Origin: Tubulanus polymorphus
Taxonomy: Eukaryota; Animalia; Nemertea
Reading direction: 5' to 3'
DNA: 64,000 bases
Assembly: GCF_964204645.1 (NCBI RefSeq)
Contig: NC_134028.1
Span: 22,378,345 to 22,442,344, forward strand
Shown: in pieces, positions 26,424 through 40,165 of the stretch
How the letters are laid out: each line of letters begins with the position of its first letter
Position numbering within the stretch: the stretch's first letter is position 1
Made by a program: the position numbers and the translations under genes
The notes under the pieces: generated by a model
What the model was told of the DNA's origin: nothing
What the model saw: the letters and a program-made list of their open reading frames with translations, nothing else
Database searches by the model: none

Positions 26424-29349
26424 TTAAGGGAATGTTTCGTCACAGGCGCCGCACGTTTTCTGGCATAGCGATCTGACTTTAGGTCTGTGGCATAGTCGAC
26501 TAATCTTCCAACAGTCCGTCGTATGATCCAAACATTCTGCAGAAACGAAAAATCGAAGACGTTACTTTCATTGTACTCTTACGACTGTTTATATCGTTAT
26601 ATCAAAAAAGAACTTACCGGGCGGTCCGATATCTGTTCCCCTGTAACGAAGATATCACAAGATTAGTTTCTAAACAAAGTTATGATATATCCAGTGACTA
26701 TTGCGCGCAATTTCCAAATTAATCATTTCACCCTCTCATCTGCCCGTGATTATTCCAGGGCAATTTTTTATGTAACTCTTTTACCCCTGGTATTGAACAG
26801 TATATCATAATATAGTATAGTATTTATAGCATAATAACTTACTCGCAGGCTCCGCACGTTTTCTCGCACACTCGAGCCATGTAACTTCTAAACTGGTCGT
26901 CCCAGCACATGTATTTCTTTTGCAGGCAATCCGTCTGTTCGTCGACGCACTCTATAAAATGTTTGACGTGTTATCTCAGATGCGAATTATCGGAAGGACC
27001 AGCACATGGAAAGGGGCAATATTGAATCATTCGTTGACTTATTTATATATATGAAGATATAGCAAATAACATGCCCGCTGCTACGTGAAGTTTCCAAATG
27101 TGTTCTTAGATACAAGACCAGATTTAGGGTTTATCCATAGCCAACACTGCCCAGGGTATTGTTCTATCTATTTCGTACAGGGTACTATGTTTTCATAAAC
27201 AAATTTTAGAATTCTGGCAAAAAAGAGAAATCATTACCTCCGTATATGTTTTCGTTGTTGTCGGTGTTGCAGCCGTAATGGCGTCGAATCATTTCTACAT
27301 CGCGGGAATGTAATTTCCTCAGCCCGATTTCGACACCCGGTTTCTTGGGAGTCATCGTCGGGCGTCCGTTTATACTGTGAATATTTTGTATAAGATTTAT
27401 GAATACAATAAAACAGTAAATATCTCTTTTCTGCAACGGCGCGAATACAGAAATTGCGTGTAAAATTTGCTTTTACCTGAAAGCATATTTGCCGTAGTGC
27501 ATGACGGAACCATATTCATAAGGCAAATCCAGGTTATCCGTGTTAAACTTGTTGAAATTGTGTTTCATGGCTACAAAATAGAAAAAGAAACGGTTTTTTT
27601 CATCCCTCAACCGCTCAGGGCATTATTAGCAGGTTTATGTTTCAAGGTTCATGAGCCAAGCCAGAGAATAATCTTTATGAGAAACTCGGCCAATCACCAC
27701 CAGGGGCCACTTCACAGAGTGACTTTCAAATTTTATTGTACAAATTCTTGTTACCTCTATATACCTATGTTTGGTTAGAGCGAAATAAATAAACCTAAAC
27801 CTAAACCTACAATGATAAGTATATCTATGAAACGTTCCTCAGTAAAATTGTTTAACATTTTCACTTTTTTACGTACATTCTTGCACATTCTCCAAGTGAA
27901 GGTCAAGGTAGTCGTCTCTGTCCGATCGCGACTGTTCGTGGGCGAAACCTAAAGCGTGCATGAATTCGTGTTGGATCGTACCACGACTCAAGCAGCCCGG
28001 ATCCGCGAGTGAAAGCATCTGTTTACCACCAGCTCTGCCGACAGTCGAGTAGCAACTAGAAATATATAGCCAGAGTATCGACTACAAGCCTTCGCCAAAG
28101 CAAGAAAAAAAAACAAGTTCTCCGGGACAAAGAAGTTTTTCGCTGAATGGAGTTTCTTGTTTCGCACACAGTCAGGAAACGCGCCTGTCAAAGATTACGT
28201 TTCGTGTTATGTGCACCATGCAGGATTCTATTACTTACCCCCGTCCGTTGATAACTTGAACGTAATGCGGTTCGTTTACGCGCTGTTGGAATTTGATGCA
28301 CGGGCCAACTTTCGATTGCAGATCGGCTAGAGCGTCTTTAACCTTTACCTGGGTGTAATAGGCTGAAATGAAATTCAAACGTAGCAAGCAAGATCCCGGG
28401 TCGGTTATGCGGTCGACGAAGAGTTCCGGTCTTCAGGTCCGGTCAAACCATCGATATTTCAATAGATTCAAGAACAATCTAGGATTATCTTGGTTCTACA
28501 GCCCAATTCACCCATTTAAACCCAGTTTTAAGATCCAAGACCACTTGTGGACCCGAGCCATAACTGAGCAACTGGGACCAAGCTTCGAAAAGAGCTGCGA
28601 GCAATGACCTTTTGAAGGTCGTTAAACTTACTTGTTCCCGTGAAGTTGTAATACACGATTCCATAGCGCCATTTCTTTTTACCGATGCGCGCGTTTCTGA
28701 ACTATAGAAATCGAGAATCGAAAATTGCCACTAATTAGAAAACGACTAGAAACCGATGAGCGAAAAAAATGTGCAATCTATAACTGTTTATACTAACTCC
28801 ATTCGGTTGTACTGGGTTGTCTATATCGCCTTCGAATTTGCCTGAAAATTCTTCCGGGTGGCTCGCTGAAATCAAAACCGTATACGGTTTCATAAAACTG
28901 CCACCAACCACAGGTTTTCTAGTTATTTAAAACCGGAATAAACGAACTGCGAATATGATAACGGTTCCCCTTACCTTTGTACGCCTCAAATTCCGCATTT
29001 GGCTAAAAAATGAAGTGTGTACATAGTCTATACAAAAGTGGAATTCAAGATCCCCTACTGCCTGATCCCTTAAGTTAATTCCTGATGATGTCTATCAGAA
29101 TATAGTCGACAGGTTGGATGAACTAATAGTTCATAGAAACCTTTCAGGTTCTATCTATTCTTAGTGTCTTACATCGTAACGAGATAGTGTTTCATCCAAT
29201 ATTATGATTAAGTCTAGTTTGCGCCTATAGGTTATAGGGGCCCGCGATATATGATATCAAACATACATTTCTGATGATTTGTATTCGATCCTTACCTGTC
29301 CCGAGGCGAAAGCCCAAATAATTGAAACGATCAACACGACCAACTGCAT
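26424..29349 (-). CDS. Secreted astacin-family (M12A) zinc metalloprotease with two ShKT domains, copy 1 (11 exons)
   Basis: Signal peptide MQLVVLIVSIIWAFASG; prodomain motif FEGDI; FR/NA maturation site; [19 protein letters not shown] (His codons 27938-27970); Met-turn SVMHY; ShKT domains CVDEQTDC..C..CEKTCGAC and CLDHTTDC..CQKTCGAC. GT-AG introns are in frame; AATAAA overlaps the stop. Confidence 0.93.
29078..29200 (+). mobile_element. Family H1 single arm in intron 1 of astacin copy 1
   Basis: attc-CTGATGA-t-GTCTAT-cagaat-ATAGTC-GACA-GGTT-ggat; the GAAA is mutated. Confidence 0.55.
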
Positions 29350-29634
29350 TCTGCGTGACTGGAGCGATATCGGCATGAATACTACCGTTTATTCAAACTC
29401 TATCACCCTCTAATGAAAGCGCAATCGCTATCAATAAAATCATTATCAAAGTTAGAGTTCATTATCTGATAAAATTGATTTTTAATTATTGGACCACTTA
29501 GCGTTTTCACGCGCAATCATTACATACCCGTTGTTCTGTTCATTGACAAATGAGAAACGTCTATTGCTACTGCGGTAAGTGAGGACCGCAATGTTGGCTA
29601 TCATCGGTCATTCGCGTACAATACAATAGTAGCT

Positions 29635-29760
29635 TAACGAGAGAAATCCTACGATAGATTCGGCTAAAAAAGTTCTTTAGCAAAATTCTATTTCGAGCAA
29701 CGTTTCGACAAAATACTATTAGCCAACATTTTTGGCTGAATCTATTGTGGGTATTCATTA
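29635..29760 (-). repeat. Degenerate family H3 copy
   Basis: ACGAGAGAAATCCTAC...GAGCAACGTTTCG.CAAAA.ACTA..AGCCA matches 15242-15340. Confidence 0.65.
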
Positions 29761-29936
29761 TTTTACTGATTTGCCACCCGGTTAACACGGCCCCTATGCA
29801 TGCAACTTTCCCGAATTGAATCAAGTATATGAGCATTGATATTGTTATATCACTTTTTAATTGTTTATTTCACCCATAAATACACGTCATTGACATCGTA
29901 TTACCATTACAAACATTTAAATTCTGATCAAGCAAT

Positions 29937-32900
29937 TCATCGATTGAATTCTGCGCAGGCGTTGCAGGTGTTCGGGCACATTTTTCTGATCTTAGTTCTA
30001 CGGCACATGTTTTCATACTTTTTACAGCCAGTTATCGCATCTGAACATTCTATATAAAAAAAAAAATCGAACGGGCAGAAAACCCTGATAAATTATGACA
30101 GTCAAGTCGGGATTCGAACCCAAACGCTCCATCGCGATTAGCACGAATCATGCGAAAGGGCCTGTATTATACTCACGTGTTCGGTCAAGTGCGGTTCCCC
30201 TGGAAACGAAATTAACAGTAACGTAGAATTTATAGCATAGAATTTATCATTCGCGATTTTAATGACGAGGCCGTCGAAAACTTACTCGCAAAATCCGCAG
30301 GTTTTCTCACAATTCTTGGCCATGTAATCTTGAAAACGCGCGTTTCGACACATGTGTTTAGCTTGTCGGCAATCGGTATCGATATCATCGCATTCTGCAG
30401 AAGAAACATTGGATTTTAAAGCCGGCATGATAAAGGGACAGGAATAATGGGCAAATATGAAAGTCGGTAGGCCTTTCATTCAACTGACTACAATTTCGTA
30501 CACCGGAATGTTGTAATGATGAGAGAGAAGGGCTTAAGCCAACTTTGCCATCTGCCTTTATTTGTGCAGCTTCAGGCTTTGAGGTGCGCCATTAATTATG
30601 TAGAACAGGTGTTGGCAAAATAATAATAATATCATATAAGTCTTGACATATATTTGATGAATGAATTATTGCTACGTATTGTATCAAAGTTTGCACATCA
30701 TAAAGCTATACAAGATGAAAAAAACAAATTTCATAATAAAAAAATTATCATATTTCATAATGATAAAAATGATATTAATGATAATGATAATAATAACAAT
30801 GATAATAATAATAATAATAGTTTATTTTCTTGATATAGCGCATTATCTACATAGTAATCTTAACACTACATAAGGTAAGAAAATGAAAAGATGAAAATGA
30901 AATTCATGGTGAAATGCAAAACATTGAGATAACTAAATATTTTCTTACAAATTTTCGTGCAAATAGATCTTAGTATCTTATCATATTGATTGTATGGTTA
31001 TCTAAAGGATTGATATCTAGAGAAAAAATCGTTCGATTTTCTATGGCTTTAGTACGATTCACCTTTAAAACATGTTAGGGAAATTGAATTGAAATATGCT
31101 ATACTATTAATAAGGAAAGTAAGATGAATGTTGGGGGTAACATTACGCGCGGCTCCGGCGTTGTTGTCGTTGTTGCAGTCGTAATAGCGTCGAATCATTT
31201 CTACATCGCGAGGATGTAATTTCCTCAGCCCGATTTCAGCCGCATAATTTTTCGGTGTCATCGTCGGCTTCCCGTTTTTACTACAATCATATGTATACGA
31301 TACGATTAAGTGTTGATAGAGGCCGACGACATTTTTATACAAAATACAGGAATAATATAAACTTAAGTTTTCCAGGGCCCGCGGTTTTTAAGACCGTGGG
31401 TATTAACTCCTGTGAAAATGAATTGAGTTAGCCCCGGGTTAGAGATAACATCAGTGTACCAAACCAGGCCCTGAAGTATATATGACTAGTGCGATAGTCA
31501 AATCGTCGAATAAATAGCAGACAATTCGACAGCGAACAATTCGATATTTTTTCTTTCTCGATCTGGGAATTTATATCATCGTTTTACATAGAGTGCTTCT
31601 TCGGTGGTTATCGCTGACACGGTGCTAACATGGTGTTAATATGCCCGGTCGTGACCAAGAAAAAATGAACCAGACATTTATAAAGAAAGGTATTTTCAAT
31701 AAATGTGAGGCTACTTTTTTATGAAAAAATGCTTGCGTTTAGTGAGCACAGGACCCAGTTCCACAGTTGTGAGTTAAGATTTAACTCTGAGTTAACTCAT
31801 TGAAAATAAACAAATTTTAACTCAGAGTTAACTCTAACTCACAACTGTGGAACTGGATCCTGGTGTTTAAACGGATGATAGCTTTATAACGGGGCTCGTA
31901 GCTGGTTACCTGAATGCATATTTTCCGTAGTGCATTACGGAGCCGTATTCGTATGGCAAGTCCAAATTGTTAGTGTCATCTTTGTCGAAATTATGAAGCA
32001 TAGCTAGAAGAATAGTCCGAAGAAGAAAGTTGATTAGAATGGAGATTTTAAAAAGACAAGGCGAGCGTAATTTGAAGTTTCAAGACCGACTAACTACTAG
32101 CAACACCTGTTGGACGCCCAGACAACCGATTTACATACTTATATCTACGTTCTCCAAGTGAAGGTCAAGGTAGTCGTCTCTGTCTGATCGTGACTGCTCG
32201 TGCGAGAAACCCAAAGCGTGCATGAATTCGTGTTGGATTGAACCGATCACCAGACATCCCGGATCGGCAAGCGACAGCAACTGTTTGCCACCCGACCTGC
32301 CCACTGACGAATAACACCTAGAGATAATAAATTTGTCTTGGGGTTACTCTTCAAGTCAAGACTGCCGGAGTTTCGGCGATTTGGAATCTGATGTTTACCC
32401 ATTTCCGTTGATAACTTCAATATAATGAGGTTCGTTCGTCCGTTCTCTGAATTTGATACACGGCCCGACTTTCGACTCCAAAGTAGCCAACGCTTCGCAA
32501 ACCTTTGTTTTAGTAGATTGGGCATGAAGATAAAAATTTGAAAAAAAACAATGATTTATCTACGACACAACCCTACTATCTACATAATCTAAACTATATT
32601 CGTACTTACAAACTGCGCTTATATTGTAATACACGATTCCGTTCACCCATTTCTTTTTACCAACCAACGCATTTCTGAACTGCAATTATTAGGTTTTGGG
32701 AAAAATTATGAAAATTACAACGATTAGCCGGCAAATGTTCCGAATGCGTTTACTTGAAATCCTTACGCCGTTTGACTGCCGCAAAGGGCCGACTATATCA
32801 CCTTCGAATTTGCCAGAAAACTCTTCAGGGTGGCTCGCTGAATAATTACAAATTTACGAAGTATTAGGACTGGTAAGCTATGAATTTTTCTATTTTTACC

Positions 32901-33246
32901 GAATATATTAAGTTTGCGCTGTGAATTTTATGGCGAAATTATGAAAGTTATATATCTATTATAGGTTTACCTTTGTACGCCTCAAAAGCTGGAGTCGACT
33001 GTGAAAAGAAAAAGTGCTCAAATCTTAGACGGTTTACATAGTACAACACAGGTAGCGTTTGGATTGCAGACACATTTCCGATTTGAGAGTCAGCAAATAG
33101 GTGGTTTTCGAGATTTCGCAGAATATAGCTGTTTACCGAGTAAGGTCGATTCTATGCCCTTTTCTAGTGATTGTGGTTTCATTTCTTACCTGTCCTTCCA
33201 CAGCGAGGGCGCAAAAAACCAAACCGACCGAGACAGCCCAATACAT
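29937..33246 (-). CDS. Astacin + 2 ShKT, copy 2 (11 exons; exon-5 acceptor is non-canonical, possible pseudogene)
   Basis: [18 protein letters not shown] signal; FEGDI; [19 protein letters not shown] (32200-32232); SVMHY; ShKT domains [16 protein letters not shown] and [16 protein letters not shown]. Same intron positions as its paralogues. Confidence 0.88.
31373..31473. mobile_element. Harbinger-like MITE family C
   Basis: CAGGGCCC...AATTGAGTTAGCCCCGGGTT...GGCCCTG. Related copies at ~8300-8415 and 52834-52947. Confidence 0.7.
31749..31862. mobile_element. MITE family B
   Basis: CAG-GACCCAGTTCCACAGTTGTGAGTTA...TAACTCACAACTGTGGAACTGGATC-CTG. Related copies at ~4943, 14336/14640, 34953-35068 and 49347-49455. 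Confidence 0.85.
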
Positions 33247-34108
33247 CGTGCATATATCAAAACCGTACAATGAAAATACGATCTGTATCTGGTTAAGTGG
33301 ACATTTATCATCAAACCAACAACTAATCAGTGACTTCAATCAAACGCCTGATTCAATTATCAGATGAAATCTAATCGTCCACTTAATTTGATTTTACCAA
33401 CGCCGCCGATTCCTGGCGTTCGAATACAATAATCAGTGCTAAAACTACTGTTCTATTAATAGTCTATTTTCGCATCTTACTCTTAATCCTCTTGCTATCG
33501 TGTGTAACATTTGGCTACGGATTTTACGGTAGGGTCAATTTCAGCTCATTGCCGACGTAGAAACTTACGATGAGTTCAATCGAACTTAACCTTCATCTTG
33601 TCGTTTAATAATGACCGGTCATCTCTCTTCAGATAGGAGAGTATTAGAAATGGTGCATACTGAAATATTCAACGATTTGAATCAGCACCACACTCTGATA
33701 GACACACACTGTATCGGCTAATCACTTCGTTTTTTTTAGTTGTTTTGTGTTATTCGTCCCCCACCCCCCCCCCCCCCCCCATCCGGGGGGATTGTTTCAC
33801 ATTACACGAAATATACTTATTAGACTGGGGGCTATAGCAATACCAACAAGAATGAACACTTTCTTAGCATACGTTGAGGATTCTTGCGATGTATAAATGT
33901 CAATTACTATTATCATTCCCATCTAGTTTATTGGAAATCGTTACTCGCTACACGCATTTTGAATTTGTCTTCATCAATTGAAAATATTGGCCTTCAAATC
34001 GGTGATGGCGGCTGAACGCGCAGTATGATATCTCCTCATTCGTGGAAAACGTCGAAACAAATATATTCTGAATAAGATTGTATATTACTTCACGAATTGA
34101 GATTTTAT

Positions 34109-37100
34109 TTAGCTACAATGATTACAAGTCTTTTTGCAGATGACTTTCAGCGTCGAGCTGAATTCGGGGTGGTTACAGTGCTTCCCATATGTCGAACAGT
34201 TTTCGTTCTCATCCGTGCATTCTGAATAGAGATGATGATGATAGAAATATTTATACCAAATTATTTTTGATGTTCCGATGAAATAGTGGCAAGGTTACCA
34301 ACTACGAGACGCCCAAGATGGATTTTTAACTAACCCTTCGCTTTGAGAGGAGTATTGCTGCAAAAACAAAACAGTAAATGTCAACCTCGTCGGAATTTTG
34401 AAGCAACATTCGTATTTTGATTGAAATGTCGCTAGCTTACTCGCAGAATCCGCAGGTCTTTTCGCATTTCTTTGCCAGTGAGTTCTGGAACTGCGGCGAT
34501 CTGCAGCTTCTGATGTATCTTTTACAGTTTTTCAATACGTCAGTGCACGCTATAGATAATCGAATTCGATATTTAAAATAAAAACATTTCTTATTAATAA
34601 GTTTCACTCCCGGCAGTGTGGTGAGTTTGTGTGGGACACAAAATAAAAAAAAAATCAAACGAAATCTATCGATACAATAAATGATAAACAACAGGGTCAA
34701 TCCCTAAAACGATCTAAAATAAAATCGGAAAAAATCTACGTGCAAATTTTTGAAAAGTGGCGAAATTCTTACGTTCCTGGAAATGACCGTCGTCGTTGTA
34801 GCAGCCGTAATGGCGGCGTATCATTTCTATATCCCGGGAGTGCAGTTTACGTGTTCCGATTTCAGCGCCTGATTTTTTAGGAGTCATCGTCGGCCGTCCG
34901 TTCATACTAGAATTTCAATTGATTTCAATAAAGCTAAGACATGCATATTCGCCTGGATCCAGTTCCACAGTCATGAGTTTGAGTTAACTCTTAGTGAAAG
35001 TTAGTTCATTTTCAATGTTTTAACCAAGGGTCAAATCTTAACTCAGAACTGTGGAACTGGAGTTCAGGAGGCTGGTGTTATGCTATGACGCTTAAGACTA
35101 TAGTTCGAAAGCAAATTATAGCATCGTACTTATCATATATTCGAATATTAATGTCTTCCAACCTTAATCGATATTCAAACTAAGAAGTTTGAAATTACCT
35201 AAACGCATATTCTCCATAATGCATGACGGAGCCGTACTCGTACGGCATCTCTAGATTATTCGTCGGGTCCAAATCGAAATTGTATTTCATTTCTAGATAA
35301 ATTGCGATAAACAGGAAAAATCAAAATTAGTACAGTGTTTACAGGGTCAGGATCAAGAAGACATGCTGCAGTTCTGAGCGATGTAGTACTTAATGTTAAT
35401 CTATTTTTCAGAAATTGATAACAACAATTTTGAATAACCAAACTCAATCGCGGAAAACTGATAATAAGATAAGAACCCGCTACATACAGATTACAATTTT
35501 TCAAATCAAGAATCTTTTCAATCAAAAAGAAAGATCAATTAAAAAGACAACATTTCGACTTCACACTAGAGATCGTGACGATAGGTGACGATGTAGGATG
35601 ATCAGTAGTGTGAGCTCGAAATGATACGTCTTTTTTATTTGATCTAGGATTGAATAAATTCTCGATTAAAAAAAACTTCTTATCTGTGTACATAGTGGGT
35701 TTTTATCTTATTACAATTTGTACAATATGACATATACATGTATGCGTTATGTTTTAGTACAAAGTAAGGCGTGTGTAAACTGAAACCCTAATAAGGAATC
35801 TAAGATTAACGAAAGTAGTACGTAGTTGGTCTTGAGTGAACTACTTACCTGGTTTGATATTTTCCCAGTGAATATCCAGATATTTATCACGATCTGTTCT
35901 CGACTGTTCGTGCGTGAATCCGAGCGCGTGGAGAAACTCGTGTTGAATCGTTCCCAATCCTAAACAACCGGGATCGGACAGCGACAACTCCTGAATACCT
36001 CCCGTCCTGCCAACCGCAGAGTAGCAACTGAAACCAGATCGAAAACTTGAATCAAGATTGTCATCTATATAACACTGTTCAGCATTTTCGATGGTGACTG
36101 AAGATATAGTTGAAACACCGAAAAAATGTGAGGTCGAAGTGCCACATCATTCCCTGTTTTATATTCTTCATGTGGGATTTTGTATTATCTGTGCAATTCG
36201 GGAAGGGTTATCAATGGTTGTCTAATAAGTAATTAGAATAAATCATTTAACTGTAGGTGTCAATGATATGTGGTTTTCAACGATATATGCGGTAAAATAC
36301 CTACAAACTCGGGAAGGGTAATCGTCCACCACTGGGGATGGTCTTACTCAAATTTACGGCCATTCTTTCTAAAAACTAAAAACAAATATAACCACTCTGC
36401 GCGCTTGGAACAGTTGATGCACACAGGCGCCATCTATCCATTGCACTGTAAGCGAGCAAAGAAAACCGAGAACCCGTGTTGTACGGCGAATGTGTTTTAT
36501 ACGGTGCGATGATGATTTTTGACCTCGGCAAAGCCTTTGAAAGGATCGAACTCTATCAACCCTATCAAACGCCGTTGATACACACTCGTTCGCGTCTAAT
36601 TCCTTACCCTCTGCCGTTAATAACATTGACGTAGTGCGGTTCGGAAGTCCTTTCCTTGAATTTGATGCACGGACCAACTTTCATCTCGAGGTAATCGAGC
36701 GCCAGGCGAACTCTTCTCTTGGTATACGCGGCTATAGTTATAAAGTACATGTTAAACAATGATTCCACAATATTGATGATTTATCAATTATTCTGATCGT
36801 TTCATCTAAATCATCAAAGAAACACTAATGAATGTCATCTAAAAACGGTCTTACTAGGGACGGGATAGTAAAAGTATTTCATTAAATTTTCAGGATTAAT
36901 GAAACTTTGCGTCATCCCGCGAAACGGGTTCCAAACTAATAGTTACGTGACGTGCAAAAGCTTCTTACCACGCATCCTTACCATGGAGATATCAATGATT
37001 TCACTTACTGACTTGGGATATGTTGTAATACACGATGCCGTTCACCCATCTCTTGCTTCCTATCAACGCGTTTCTAAACTAATAGAAAATATGAATACGA

Positions 37101-37617
37101 CGACAGTTTTACAATCTAAACTATTACATTCGTTTTAAGGTTTCGCTATACAAGGAAGATCGCTTACACCGTCATTTCTCACATCCATATCACCCTCAAA
37201 TTTACCAGAGAATTCTTCAGGGTGACTCTCTGTAAATACGTAGAAAACATATAAATCAGAAATACCACGGTTCCAATAATATCATCATTAAAATAATTTG
37301 AATTCACCAAGCGCCGCCTTATTTGAATATTCCAATTGAATGTGATGATAACATCGAGCATTCTTGACTGAATCCTTCAACGAGCGAAGATATGAAAAAA
37401 TTGAGCTGTTCATATTTCGAATGAAAAATCATCGTACTTTTGTAAGCTTCGAAGGGTCCATTGTCGAGCTGAAAAAAAATAAGCGTCACGCGTTACGTCG
37501 GTAAGCGTTTCACAAAAATTGATTGTTTCGTGGATTTTTGTCACCATTTGATAGAGTTACCTGACCAATTGCCAACGAGCACAGCGAAAACAGGAACAAC
37601 GCGACCAGCGAAAACAT
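34109..37617 (-). CDS. Astacin + 2 ShKT, copy 3 (11 exons)
   Basis: [18 protein letters not shown] signal; FEGDM; [19 protein letters not shown] (35910-35942); SVMHY; ShKT domains [16 protein letters not shown] and [16 protein letters not shown]; AATAAA right after the stop. Confidence 0.93.
35530..35715. mobile_element. Family H2 inverted Penelope-like remnant in an astacin copy 3 intron
   Basis: AAAAAGAC..CATTTCGACTTCACACTAGAGATC...GGATGATCAGTAGTGTGAGCTCGAAATGATACGTCTTTTT. Arms reconstruct to GA-t-GATCTC-tagtgt-GAGATC-GAAAC. Confidence 0.6.
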
Positions 37618-38574
37618 GGTGACCACCGCCTTAACTATAGTTCTTTGAAATAGACCGAGTTTTATGGGTTTCGCTGAATTATGAAATCAAATCTTATCTG
37701 ATCTGAGTTGATTATGAAATCAATTACGGCCACTCCGCGTAAACCGGTCTGTTACTTATACAGCCATTGGTGAATACAGCGGTATAGAATAGTTCATGGA
37801 ATACATTGTTTAAAAGGTGCCAGGGGTTAAATTGAAAGGTGCCTCGAAGTTTCAGCTTGGTCGTCCGTTGTCCATCATCAGCAGGGTTCGGTTGTACAGT
37901 CTTGACTAAACTCAGAAATTCGTCTTCCGACGAGCCAAGTGACAACGACTGTAAGACACGCGGAATCGTTTAGTTAATGGCAACACGTGTCGCGGCATGA
38001 ACTAAAAATTCAATGTTCATAGAAATAATAATCTCTCCGACCCGATTCTGAAGAAAACGGACACCGCATAAACTGGCGTGCGGACGATTGCTGAAATACT
38101 CGACAATTCGAAACAATTTTTAACAACAAAAAGGAAAAGGCCACCATATGTTCTTTGAAATTGATATCAAGGCAACGCAGCTGTGAATTTCATTCAATCA
38201 TTAGATATACGTAATTTATGACATATTTCTAAAGTGTATTGATAAATCCTATATTTTCCACATATGCGCCGCAAGAGGTGGTATGGGTGGTTGGGCGTCT
38301 TTTTAAAATCAAAAGTGGGTGCGTGAAGCGACGCTACCATTTCACGGGTAAAAACTGCTCAGATGCTGCCCTTGAAATGTACACGTATGAAAATACACTT
38401 AAACTTTATATCTAACACACTCAGAGCCATTCATTTACGATTTCGAGTTTAAGTTTGACTTTGGATTCAAAACATCGGAAATGAACTAATTTCAACGTTA
38501 AAATAAGAGTAATAAATCTACTGAGATCTTTGGTAGCGGGTCCTGGAGCCGGTTCCTAGGCTAGTGTCGCTCAC

Positions 38575-38777
38575 GACCAGTCTAAGACCAAATTTAGACC
38601 AGTCTTAGAATTCGAGACCACTTTTAGACTTGAGTCTTGACTATATTCAGCTGGCCCCGACTCCTTAGGCCGGTTGCACAGTTATGACTTAAGTCCAAAA
38701 GTGGTCTTAATTCTTGAGACTGGTATTAAGTTGTGAGATTGGTCTTAATTCTAAGCCATGATTATGCAATCGGCCCC
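38575..38777. mobile_element. Two adjacent MITE family A copies
   Basis: GACCAGTCTAAGACCAA...GCTGGCCCC followed by GGCCGGTTGCACAGTTATGACTTAAGTCCAAAAGTGG...TGCAATCGGCCCC. Confidence 0.8.
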
Positions 38778-39008
38778 TCGCAACGGGCTAAACCGACAGG
38801 TTTTCATAGTCGAAATTTTCCGACATCCAGCAAATTCTGGTGACGCTTTCGGTGCTTCGTACGATCAGCGAGTATTATTGTGATATCGTATTTAAGCGCG
38901 GCGATTATCATTGTGATATCGCGACGGGCGCAGATGTGTGTTTATAACGTAACATCCGATATACATTTTATTATAATATCAGCAGCCGCAACAGTCAGAC
39001 TGTTGCGT

Positions 39009-39249
<241 letters not shown>

Positions 39250-40165
39250 TGTTAAACGGTTAAACTACCCGCGGTCGAACAGGTTCCACGGCGTTCGAAT
39301 GAGGTTTATTTCCTCCGGTAGCAGTTACCGTCAGTAGTTCAGTTTCGTCAGTCGATTCCATCGCGTTATGCGCCGTTAGGTTGTTGTTGTTGTTGTTTTG
39401 TTGCGCGCGTCGTCGACGCAGATATTTGAATAATGTCGTCGATTATGCGTCGGACGCCATATAATGGAAAGGTATTTTCACGTCTGCCGTTCGATCAGTG
39501 TCGCGTCGATTAGCCGCAGTTCGACTACGCGACACTACAGACCCGGTTCAACGAGAATATCAACGCGCGCTAATCCATAGAATTGTCAACTTAGCTCGAG
39601 TTGTTCTTGTTTTTTTTTCGTTTTCTGATATAATCGTTGAATTGCGCGTATAAAAGTGGGAATTCTAGCGAGTAGTGTCTTTATTCCGAGATGCGAGGAT
39701 GATATGTATGTCTCATGAGTGGATCTTCTTTGCCATAACTTCTGACAAATAACAACAGACATTCCTTTGATTTACCCTTCGCACCGCGCCGGAATTCGTC
39801 CATTGTATTGCATTTGTATTTGTTAAGGTAAGTCGTACTTTTATACTGTCTTTTAAAGAAAAACAAGTAGCCTTTCATTCTTTGGATGGTGTTTCTTTCA
39901 TATCAGGTGGATCCAGTTTCAAGTTTCGCTGAAATTCGACTAGTAGTGATGCTATAATCAATTCACTTTCATTCGTTTTGGGCCAAATTTTGCAATAACC
40001 GATAAAAAACCCTAAATCGACTTTAAAAAGACTCAATTAATGCGGCCAGAGTTTGAATATTAGACTCATTTGAAAATTCGAGACGCTTTGAGATTATTCT
40101 TTTATTGTAAATGTATCAGGTTCGCCATTTCTTTTTCGCATATAGTTTAAAGTAAAACCGACGCC

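Noticed and set aside
26440-34555. ShKT domains as bona fide Kv-blocking toxins
   Set aside because: The Lys-Tyr dyad of ShK lies between Cys3 and Cys4. Equivalent positions here are SY, DY or absent, and the KY pairs present lie in a different loop.
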